DNA of 20,143 nucleotides, from assembly GCA_964432405.1 (NCBI GenBank), contig CAYSNH010000007.1, positions 1 through 20,143 on the forward strand, in the 5' to 3' direction. The notes beneath the pieces are model-generated. The model searched no databases. It was given only the letters and a program-made list of their open reading frames with translations, and was not told the origin of the DNA. A program made the translations under genes and the position numbers. This stretch comes from an uncultured Candidatus Saccharibacteria bacterium. Its GTDB lineage: Bacteria > Patescibacteriota > Minisyncoccia > UBA6257 > UBA11618. Below are positions 14,034 through 20,143 of the stretch, piece after piece; positions within the stretch are counted from its first letter, which is position 1; each line of letters opens with the position of its first letter.

Positions 14034-14139
14034 TAATTATGGGATTAACCTCATTCTGACCATGATAAAGATAGCCGAGGCCAAAAGCAGCAAAAGCGAT
14101 AAGAATAGCTGTAATAGTGAAGAGAAGAAAGGGTTTCAT
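14017..14139 (-). CDS. Possible 40-aa single-pass membrane micro-protein (below the ORF-track cutoff)
   Basis: Hand translation gives MKPFLLFTITAILIAFAAFGLGYLYHGQNEVNPIIIEKQG, then TAG. An Ala/Gly-rich hydrophobic helix is followed by a polar tail. There is no clear SD, and the pgk promoter candidate overlaps its 3' end. Confidence 0.3.
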   Translation of the reverse strand: MKPFLLFTITAILIAFAAFGLGYLYHGQNEVNPIIIEKQG

Positions 14140-14144
14140 TTTAA

Positions 14145-14173
14145 TTGACAGTTAGAGTTTGATTAGTTATATT
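14145..14173 (+). promoter_or_regulatory. Candidate rpmA promoter
   Basis: TTGACA (14145-14150), 17 nt, TATATT (14168-14173), then 10 nt before the ATG at 14184. This implies a 2-4 nt leader. Confidence 0.55.
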
Positions 14174-14183
14174 AGGTAGTAAT

Positions 14184-14459
14184 ATGGCCCATACAAAATC
14201 AGGTGGTTCAACAAAACTAGGAAGAGATTCAGCTTCTAAGAGATTAGGAGTTAAGAAGAATCATGGTGAGAAAGTTCTTCCTGGACAGATAATTCTTCGA
14301 CAGCGAGGCACTCGTTATTTAAATGGTGACAATGTGGCTCGAGGTGGCGATGATACTTTGTATGCTCTTAAGGCGGGAGTGGTTAAATTTACATCTAAGA
14401 AAAAGACTAAATTTGATGGCCGGAAGAGAGATGTTAAGGTTATTGCTATTGAGCTTTAA
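14184..14459 (+). CDS. rpmA: 50S ribosomal protein L27
   Basis: 91 aa. [25 protein letters not shown]...[26 protein letters not shown] is the canonical L27 sequence. Confidence 0.95.
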   Translation: MAHTKSGGSTKLGRDSASKRLGVKKNHGEKVLPGQIILRQRGTRYLNGDNVARGGDDTLYALKAGVVKFTSKKKTKFDGRKRDVKVIAIEL

Positions 14460-14871
14460 TAGTTACCTTAATCTGACTCTTCATTCCCTGAGGGAAGCTT
14501 ATCTCAACCTGATGATCACCTAATTCTTTTAAAGACTGAGATAACTCAACAGAAAAGTCTTGATAACCTTTGGCGATCAGGGCTTTTTTAATACCATCTT
14601 TATTAACTGATTCAAAAATCTCTCCCTTATCCCCTGTTTTAACGGAGAATTCTAAAGAGTCGGCAGCCATCTGCTCAGCTAGCTTTTTGTTTCGGTCGAT
14701 ATTTAAGGCTTGTTCTTTTTCTAGATTAGCTTTACGAGCCAAACTAGCTTTATTAGCCACAACAGCTAGATTATTAGGAATCAGATAATTGCGAGCATGA
14801 CCTGACTTAACATCAATAACGTCGAGTCGTTTGCCAACATTTTTAACGTCTTTTAATAAGAGAACTTTCAT
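14446..14871 (-). CDS. rplI: 50S ribosomal protein L9
   Basis: 141 aa. [37 protein letters not shown] is the canonical L9 N-domain, followed by a long helix and a C-domain. The start shares one base with the ctpA stop (TAATG). Confidence 0.93.
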   Translation of the reverse strand: MKVLLLKDVKNVGKRLDVIDVKSGHARNYLIPNNLAVVANKASLARKANLEKEQALNIDRNKKLAEQMAADSLEFSVKTGDKGEIFESVNKDGIKKALIAKGYQDFSVELSQSLKELGDHQVEISFPQGMKSQIKVTIKAQ

Positions 14872-16094
14872 TAGCTCTTATTTTGCATTTGTTTTTGCAA
14901 AATTTCAAGAGCTTTATCTAATTGAGGGTCTTTTTTGTTTTCAGCATCTTCTTCGGTTATCTTAACTTCTATGTCAGGCTTGATGCCATTTTTTTCAATA
15001 ATGTCGCCGCCAGGAAGAAGCCAACGAGCGATGGTGACTTTAAGGGTTGAGCCATCAGAAAGCTTCTTTAGCTCTTGAACGGTTCCTTTACCAAAACTAT
15101 TTTCTCCAATGATGGTGGTACCATTATTGTCACGAATAGCACCGGCCATAATCTCACTAGCAGAAGCAGAGCCTTTGTTAATTAATATTACCAAGGGCGC
15201 GTCTTTAAGAGCGGCCTGACCGTTGGCGGTGAAGGTATTTCTTTTACCAGAGCTAAATTCCTCAATTACAACCGTCTTACCATTCTCCACAAAGACGCTG
15301 GTAAGGGCGACCGCCACCTCAAGAAAACCGCCGGGATTGTTACGAAGATCAAGGATAAAGCCTTTGGCTCCAGCTCGAAGAGCTTCATTTAAAGCTTTAG
15401 GGAAAACTTTGGGAGCTATTTCATTAAAGTTAAAGAATTGAACGTGAGCAATCTTATTTTCCTTCATCTCCCATTTTATTGTAGGGATCTTAATAATACC
15501 TCGGGTGATTGTGATGTCTCGTGTTTTCTCCTCTCCGTTACGAAGAATGGTGAGGGTTACTTTGGAACCGCGAGGGCCTCGAATCTTCTTTACCGCATCA
15601 TTAAGGGTCATGTTGATGGTGGTGCTAGCATTAACAGCTAGAATCTTATCCCCCGCCTTGATACCAGCTTTTTCAGCAGGTGATCCTTCGAGAGGAGCTA
15701 TGATAGAAATGAACTCACCTCTAATTCCAATCTCAGCGCCAATACCACCAAACTTTCCTCTAATATCATCCGTGAAGCGTTTAGAGTCTTCTGGTTTGAG
15801 AAAAACGGTGTATGGATCTTTAAGGGAAGCAGCTAGACCACTGGCAGCTCCATATACTAATTCCTGATTATTAATCTTATCAGCATTAAGATGATGTTTT
15901 TTGAGGAGATCTAAGGTTTGCCAGACGGTACCAAAATCGGCGTTCTTAACCTTACCATCCTCAATATTATCTATTCCTTTAACGATAAGGGTTTGAGGAT
16001 TTCTTGTACCGATAAAATAACCATTAACACCTGCAGCCACAATCAGCACAGCTACGAGAATGACTAGAAGAGGCTTTTTGTATTTTGTAACCAT
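14871..16094 (-). CDS. ctpA: Carboxy-terminal processing protease (peptidase S41, CtpA/Prc family)
   Basis: 407 aa with an N-terminal anchor. Features are the PDZ region (GSPAEKAGIKAGDKILAVN), DLRNNPGG, the catalytic Ser context NKGSASASEI and FGKGTVQ. Confidence 0.92.
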   Translation of the reverse strand: MVTKYKKPLLVILVAVLIVAAGVNGYFIGTRNPQTLIVKGIDNIEDGKVKNADFGTVWQTLDLLKKHHLNADKINNQELVYGAASGLAASLKDPYTVFLKPEDSKRFTDDIRGKFGGIGAEIGIRGEFISIIAPLEGSPAEKAGIKAGDKILAVNASTTINMTLNDAVKKIRGPRGSKVTLTILRNGEEKTRDITITRGIIKIPTIKWEMKENKIAHVQFFNFNEIAPKVFPKALNEALRAGAKGFILDLRNNPGGFLEVAVALTSVFVENGKTVVIEEFSSGKRNTFTANGQAALKDAPLVILINKGSASASEIMAGAIRDNNGTTIIGENSFGKGTVQELKKLSDGSTLKVTIARWLLPGGDIIEKNGIKPDIEVKITEEDAENKKDPQLDKALEILQKQMQNKS

Positions 16095-16141
16095 ATTAGA
16101 TTTAATTATGCTTGATCAGAGGATTTTTGAAAAGAAGGTAA

Positions 16142-16170
16142 TTGAAAATAGTGTTAAAAAACAGTATTCT
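16142..16170 (+). promoter_or_regulatory. Candidate promoter of the hypothetical-def-fmt operon, with leaderless geometry
   Basis: TTGAAA (16142-16147), 17 nt, TATTCT (16165-16170), 7 nt, then the ATG at 16178. No Shine-Dalgarno. Confidence 0.4.
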
Positions 16171-16177
16171 TTTGATT

Positions 16178-16465
16178 ATGGAAGATATCAAAAAGATTCT
16201 TCCCGATTATATGAATGAGCTTTCAGATCGGGGTAAGACATCACGAGTTTATGAATCTCATCAATTAACAGGCTTGCGCCTCACAGAACTTTTAGAAGAC
16301 CCTAATCATAAGTCTTTATATATGCGTTTGGCTAAGAAGAATGATAATCAACAACTAATTGCTTTAGCAGAAAAAGTTGCTGAAAGAAAACATATTAAAA
16401 ATAAAGGAGCTTATTTCATGAAGCTTTGGCACAAGAAAGATGAAGATATACCTGGAGAAAAATAA
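16178..16465 (+). CDS. Hypothetical 95-aa protein, helical and basic
   Basis: This is the track ORF 16142-16465, trimmed to the first ATG (MEDIKKIL...). The TTG at 16142 coincides with the -35 of the candidate promoter. No family confidently recognised. It overlaps def by 26 nt. Confidence 0.55.
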   Translation: MEDIKKILPDYMNELSDRGKTSRVYESHQLTGLRLTELLEDPNHKSLYMRLAKKNDNQQLIALAEKVAERKHIKNKGAYFMKLWHKKDEDIPGEK

Positions 16466-16913
16466 AACAGAGGAAAAGTTATTGCGTAAAAAGATCGCTG
16501 TTTTTGATTTTGATAAATATACCAAAAAGGAACTTCGGGAATTAGTCAAAAAAATGAGGACCACAATGAAAAAAGCTGATGGTGTTGGCTTGAGTGCTAA
16601 TCAGGTGGGGTTGGATGAAAAAATGTTTGTGGCAGAGGTGGATGATAAGTTTTATGCGATCTTTAATCCAAAAATAGTTAAAGAATCTACCGAGAAGAAT
16701 GAGATGGAGGAAGGCTGTCTTAGTGTGCCAGAAAAATTTGGTACGGTAGCTCGTTCAGAAAAGATTTGGCTAGAGTGTCAGAATGCTGATGGCAAGAAGA
16801 TTAAGATTAAGGCCTGGGGTTTTCTAGCTCGAGTATTTCAACATGAATTAGATCATTTAGAAGGAAAATTATTTATCGATAGATCAAAGGATGTTTACGC
16901 AGCAAAAAAATAA
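16440..16913 (+). CDS. def: Peptide deformylase
   Basis: 157 aa. All three deformylase motifs are present: GVGLSANQVG, EGCLSVP and QHELDHLEG. Confidence 0.93.
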   Translation: MKIYLEKNKTEEKLLRKKIAVFDFDKYTKKELRELVKKMRTTMKKADGVGLSANQVGLDEKMFVAEVDDKFYAIFNPKIVKESTEKNEMEEGCLSVPEKFGTVARSEKIWLECQNADGKKIKIKAWGFLARVFQHELDHLEGKLFIDRSKDVYAAKK

Positions 16914-17732
16914 ATGAAATATATATATTTTGGCACACCAGATTTTGCCGCCACCATACTACAAGAGTTAATTAATGCTGACATGCCACCGGTAGCGGTG
17001 GTGACTAACCCTGACAGGCCGAGTGGTAGAGATAAGACTATTACTCCCCCAGCGGTTAAAAAGTTAGTTGATCAATCCATTCCGGTTTTACAACCAGAAG
17101 AATTAGACCAAGCTTTTGCTCAGCAATTGGAGAGTTTTGATGCTGAAGTTTTTGTTTTAGCAGCTTATGGTAAGATCTTGCCCAAATGGGTTCTAGAAAT
17201 GCCTCAAAAAGGTATGGTAGGGGTTCACCCTTCACTTCTACCTAAATATCGTGGTGCCACCCCAATTCAGAGCGTTATTATGGCAGGAGAAAAAGAAACC
17301 GGTACTAGTTTGTTTATTATCGATGAAGAAGTTGATCATGGCCCAATATTAGCCCAAGAAAAGCTATCAATTGAAGATACTGACACTTACACCTCTTTAT
17401 CAGAAAGATTGGCTAAGTTAAGTGGGCAGCTATTAATTAAAACCCTCCCCTCTTATCTGAAAGAAGAAATTGCTCCTCACGTTCAGGATCATGATCAAGC
17501 AACTTTGACTAACAAGCTCAAGACTGAGGATGCGGAGGTGGATTTGGAGAAAGATGATCCTATTGCTATTTGGTGTAAAGTGAGAGCTCTCAATCCAGAG
17601 CCAGGAGCTTATACTTTCAGAGATGGAAAAAGGATGAAGATCTTAGAAGCTGAATTAAAAGATGGTCAATTGATATTAAAGAAGATTCAGTTTGCTGGAG
17701 AGAAACCTAAAGAGGTTGATGAGAAGATATAG
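16914..17732 (+). CDS. fmt: Methionyl-tRNA formyltransferase
   Basis: 272 aa. Matches are IYFGTPDFAATIL, HPSLLPKYRGATPIQ and the C-terminal domain motif NPEPGAY. It starts immediately after the def stop. Confidence 0.93.
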   Translation: MKYIYFGTPDFAATILQELINADMPPVAVVTNPDRPSGRDKTITPPAVKKLVDQSIPVLQPEELDQAFAQQLESFDAEVFVLAAYGKILPKWVLEMPQKGMVGVHPSLLPKYRGATPIQSVIMAGEKETGTSLFIIDEEVDHGPILAQEKLSIEDTDTYTSLSERLAKLSGQLLIKTLPSYLKEEIAPHVQDHDQATLTNKLKTEDAEVDLEKDDPIAIWCKVRALNPEPGAYTFRDGKRMKILEAELKDGQLILKKIQFAGEKPKEVDEKI

Positions 17733-17739
17733 CTTGGTA

Positions 17740-17768
17740 TTGGTTTTTATCAAAACTTATATTATACT
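17740..17768 (+). promoter_or_regulatory. Possible promoter of tRNA-Gln(CUG)
   Basis: TTGGTT (17740-17745), 17 nt, TATACT (17763-17768). The tRNA 5' end lies 14 nt downstream. Confidence 0.35.
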
Positions 17769-17781
17769 AAGACCACGAAAT

Positions 17782-17852
17782 TGCCAGATCGTCTAATGGT
17801 AGGACGCCTGGTTCTGGCCCAGGAAATTGGGGTTCGAATCCCTGTCTGGCAG
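17782..17852 (+). tRNA. tRNA-Gln (anticodon CUG)
   Basis: Hand-folded, 71 nt. Acceptor stem TGCCAGA/TCTGGCA gives U1-A72. The D arm is identical to the other tRNA-Gln. Anticodon arm is CCTGG-TTCTGGC-CCAGG. T arm is TGGGG-TTCGAAT-CCCTG. The discriminator is G, and no CCA is encoded. Confidence 0.93.
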
Positions 17853-17871
17853 CAATTTCTTATAAAGAAGA

Positions 17872-17896
17872 CCCCTCAACAGAGGGGCTTTTATTG
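17872..17896 (+). terminator. Rho-independent terminator after tRNA-Gln(CUG)
   Basis: CCCCTC-AACA-GAGGGG followed by CTTTTATT. Confidence 0.7.
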
Positions 17897-17941
17897 TATA
17901 AAATAAAAGTAGCAAATTGAATTTATTAGAAAGGAGGATTA

Positions 17942-18157
17942 ATGAGTAATGCATGGAAGAAGGCAGAAATCTTTACCACCGGAGATGTAGCTAGGATTTG
18001 TTGTATTTCTATCGCTAAAGTCATCTCTCTATTTGATCAAGGATTATTGAAGGGATTTAAAATTCCAGGTTCCAATCATCGTAGAATTCCTCGCAAGAGT
18101 CTTATCGAGTTTATCAAAAAACACAACCTACCCTTTCTAAACAAAGTGGAAGATTAA
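17942..18157 (+). CDS. Excisionase-family / MerR-like helix-turn-helix DNA-binding protein (71 aa)
   Basis: FTTGDVARICCISIAKVISLFDQGLLKGFKIPGSNHRRIPRKSLIEFI follows the excisionase-family HTH pattern (t..e.A..l.vs..tv......G.l....i.g...ri....l..fl). A strong SD, AAAGGAGG, lies 6 nt upstream of the ATG. Confidence 0.72.
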   Translation: MSNAWKKAEIFTTGDVARICCISIAKVISLFDQGLLKGFKIPGSNHRRIPRKSLIEFIKKHNLPFLNKVED

Positions 18158-19221
18158 TCCCCTTCCTGAGGGGATTTTTCATTTTGCCAAATGTCATCTT
18201 TATTAATTCTTTCGTAATTAATCTGATCAATGATCTGTCCGGTGGTGTCGTAAAGGATAATAGTGTTATTGGAATAAGCGATGGGGCTGGAGTGATTAGA
18301 ATAAAATAAATCAGGTGTTCCGGAGTATTCTTTGTGAGAGATTAGAAAATAATCTTTGGTTTTAATGATCCCTTTGAATTTTGAGGGTGAAACTAGAATA
18401 TATTCTCTACCCGATTTAGTCTTTTTTTTGAGTGAGAGATTTTCTAGATCAAGATCTTGATCAGTGGGATTATATATTTTAATAAACTCGTCCTGAGAAC
18501 TTTGTTCTGATCCTGCTTGGATGTGGCTAATTATTAGTTGATCAACTGGCTGAGTTTGAATAGCTACTGAGTACTCTTCTGGTTGATCAGTTTTTCTAAC
18601 TTTCTTTTTTACCCCATCATCATACCAAGTGAGGTTGGCGGCTCTTTTCATGGAGAGCTTTTTCTCATTGTTGCCAGCCGGCCATTGAGGTTGAGCAAAG
18701 ACCTCATCAATCAAATTACAATTAGAATCAAAAAGTTTTAGAGCCTCGTCGGTATTTTTAATGGAACCTTTGAAATCAGGGCCACGATAAAGAGTGAGAG
18801 AGGATTGTTCATTAGAAAGAATAGTTGAGCTATTGATATCAATAAACAGCCGGCCACTTTGATTAATTATCTGCCAACCTTTGATATCTATCTTGCCGCC
18901 AATCATTTTTTGAATCTTAAGCCACTCCTTATTACTCTGCTCAAGCTTTCCCATCCAGGCTATTTCAGAAAATATAACCGGCTTATGAGATGGTTTTTGG
19001 TCGGTAACAAAGGAACACTTCTTTATTACAGGCAAGCTATTTCCTTGATTGGTAAATTTTGAGAGTCGAATGGATTTATAATCAATATTCTCAACCGAAT
19101 CTTTCGAGGAGCTAAGAAGATCTTTAACGTTATCAAAGTTAAGAGAGAAATAAACTAGGGCTTGCACAACTAGCAAGATAACGACTAGGACTAGAAAGAA
19201 TTTAACTGAGCTTTTATTCAT
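18154..19221 (-). CDS. Membrane-anchored protein with two lamin-tail (LTD) domains
   Basis: 355 aa with an N-terminal TM helix (FFLVLVVILLVVQALVYF). LTD-like module 1 is VIFSEIAWMG...NKEWLKIQK...IDIKGWQI. Module 2 is LIISHIQAGSE...DEFIKIYNPTDQDLDLENLSL. It starts 2 nt after the ComEC-MBL stop. Confidence 0.75.
   Translation of the reverse strand: MNKSSVKFFLVLVVILLVVQALVYFSLNFDNVKDLLSSSKDSVENIDYKSIRLSKFTNQGNSLPVIKKCSFVTDQKPSHKPVIFSEIAWMGKLEQSNKEWLKIQKMIGGKIDIKGWQIINQSGRLFIDINSSTILSNEQSSLTLYRGPDFKGSIKNTDEALKLFDSNCNLIDEVFAQPQWPAGNNEKKLSMKRAANLTWYDDGVKKKVRKTDQPEEYSVAIQTQPVDQLIISHIQAGSEQSSQDEFIKIYNPTDQDLDLENLSLKKKTKSGREYILVSPSKFKGIIKTKDYFLISHKEYSGTPDLFYSNHSSPIAYSNNTIILYDTTGQIIDQINYERINKDDIWQNEKSPQEGD
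18157..18179 (+). terminator. Candidate terminator of the HTH gene, embedded in the last codons of the convergent LTD gene
   Basis: ATCCCCT (18157-18163), loop TCCTG, AGGGGAT (18169-18175), then TTTT. The same bases encode SPQEGD-stop of the minus-strand gene. Confidence 0.5.
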
Positions 19222-19223
19222 AT

Positions 19224-20051
19224 CTATTTCTTATCTAAAATAATTTTTATCGTTCCATCTGTATCGGTACGATAGATTGTGGAGTTAGCAGAGGCCAAGG
19301 TTTCTAGTACTTGAGGATGAGGGTGGCCATAAGAGTTTTTTCCAACTCCAATAACGCTGATTTTAGGGTTAACGCGCTCTACAAATCCCTTATCAGAAGA
19401 AAATCTAGAGCCGTGATGAGCTACTTTCAAGATATCAGATTTGAGATTATATTGCTCGCTCAATTTCTTTTCGGTTTCAAAACCAATATCGCCTGTTAAT
19501 AAGATCTTGTTTCCGTTCACTTCTAACATGGCAACTATGCTCGCTTCATTTTTATTATCTTTATTTAAAGCTACAAAATCTGGCGAAAGGATTTTGATGA
19601 GGTGATCTTGATATTTGATACTATCTCCTGCCAAGAGAGGAATGGCTTCCAGATCAGAGAAAGCCAGAGTTGATTGAAGTTCTTTAAACTTTTTGCTTTT
19701 ACCCAATTGACCGTTAGTGATAAAGGCGCCGACTTTGTAATGTTTGAGAACATCTATCAACCCTCCAAAGTGATCAGAGTCGGGATGAGTCAAGACAACT
19801 AGGTCGATAACATTATCATCAAAGTCTGGCAGAGCCTTATCTAACTCACTAAGCACTCTTTGGTCTCGACCGCCGTCGATAAGAATTTTGACTGAGGGAA
19901 AGGTAATTAACTGACTATCACCTTGACCAATATTAAAAAAATAAATGGCGGGCTCGGCTAAGGTTTGAAAATACACCTGTTGCCAAATCCAGCCATTAAA
20001 AACTATTAAAACCACAATGGTTGAGAGGAGGAATCCTTTATAAAGTCTCAT
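19224..20051 (-). CDS. comEC: ComEC/Rec2-type metallo-beta-lactamase domain protein, stand-alone with an N-terminal TM helix
   Basis: 275 aa. Matches are VLTHPDSDHFGG (the HxDxDH variant typical of ComEC MBL domains), KVAHHGSRFSS and NSYGHPHPQVL. The N-terminus is hydrophobic (FLLSTIVVLIVFNGWIW). Confidence 0.85.
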   Translation of the reverse strand: MRLYKGFLLSTIVVLIVFNGWIWQQVYFQTLAEPAIYFFNIGQGDSQLITFPSVKILIDGGRDQRVLSELDKALPDFDDNVIDLVVLTHPDSDHFGGLIDVLKHYKVGAFITNGQLGKSKKFKELQSTLAFSDLEAIPLLAGDSIKYQDHLIKILSPDFVALNKDNKNEASIVAMLEVNGNKILLTGDIGFETEKKLSEQYNLKSDILKVAHHGSRFSSDKGFVERVNPKISVIGVGKNSYGHPHPQVLETLASANSTIYRTDTDGTIKIILDKK

Positions 20052-20143
20052 ACCTCTTTAAAATATAGACGATAGTGATCAGAAGCAAGTAATAGAAGAG
20101 GCTGATCCAGATATTAATTGGTGGATTGAAGCTGATGGCTAGC
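20038..20143 (-). CDS. 3' end of an upstream membrane-protein ORF, possibly the ComEC channel/competence domain (partial, runs off the window)
   Basis: This is the only open minus-strand frame at the window edge. Its translation is LAISFNPPINIWISLFYYLLLITIVYILKRYETL, then TAA. It is hydrophobic and overlaps the MBL-domain start by 14 nt. The identity is inferred from context only. Confidence 0.4.
   Translation of the reverse strand, partial: LAISFNPPINIWISLFYYLLLITIVYILKRYETL

Noticed and set aside
14323-15867. ORFs 14323-14523, 14570-14788, 15223-15441, 15438-15641 and 15505-15867 (+).
   Set aside because: They lie out of frame with or antisense to rpmA, rplI and ctpA. Their Arg/Ser/Leu-rich translations are typical of reverse frames.
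16142-16177. TTG start at 16142 for the hypothetical protein, as listed in the ORF track.
   Set aside because: The TTG coincides with the -35 hexamer of the best local promoter. The first ATG (16178) sits 7 nt after the -10, matching the leaderless geometry seen at other operon starts. The extra 12 residues (KIVLKNSILLI) carry no recognisable signal.
18859-19753. ORFs 18859-19062 (+), 19311-19499 (+) and 19571-19753 (-).
   Set aside because: They are embedded within the LTD and ComEC-MBL genes. No independent support.
17782-20143. An integrated mobile element or prophage at tRNA-Gln(CUG), suggested by the adjacent excisionase-like gene.
   Set aside because: There is no integrase, transposase or phage gene. 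I could find no direct repeat of the tRNA 3' half downstream within the window. The downstream genes (LTD, ComEC) are plausible core functions. Kept only as a 'possible remnant' remark.
1-20143. CRISPR arrays, tandem repeats, IS elements, rRNA genes.
   Set aside because: Reading both strands, I found no regularly spaced direct repeats, no long terminal inverted repeats, no transposase-like ORF and no rRNA-like conserved stretches. The only long repeated sequence is the pair of tRNA-Gln genes.

Overview
This is a 20.1-kb, low-GC, tightly packed bacterial chromosomal segment. Many genes overlap by 1-28 nt, and the standard genetic code applies (TGA is used as a stop). The gene content and several miniaturised proteins suggest a reduced-genome, CPR/Patescibacteria-like organism; this is inference only.

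Left third, minus strand: scpA, scpB, an S11 DD-carboxypeptidase and mraY. A 219-nt gap follows, then a D-aminoacylase-family amidohydrolase, ftsW, murG and an orphan 73-aa gene.

Middle: a plus-strand operon of dnaX, tRNA-Gln(UUG), an NAD epimerase, bcp and a MauE-like gene. Then, on the minus strand, RNase P RNA (rnpB, invisible to the ORF track), a truncated SAM-methyltransferase fragment, a pentapeptide-repeat protein, and a pgk / DHH phosphoesterase / rnhA operon.

Right third: rpmA, rplI-ctpA, a small hypothetical gene with def and fmt, tRNA-Gln(CUG), an excisionase-family HTH gene, and a ComEC-type cluster. That cluster holds a partial membrane ORF, a stand-alone ComEC metallo-beta-lactamase domain and a double lamin-tail-domain protein.

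I saw no CRISPR array, rRNA, transposase or integrase, and no clearly novel multi-gene system. The items most worth follow-up are:
- a D-aminoacylase-like protein with substituted metal/catalytic residues sitting in the murD slot of the dcw cluster;
- a strand-specific ~90-nt candidate sRNA with two C(UUCG)G hairpins in the only large gap of that cluster;
- a tRNA wedged 2 nt and 5 nt between two CDSs;
- a recurring -10 box placed 6-7 nt before the ATG, which suggests leaderless mRNAs;
- the split ComEC / double-LTD module.
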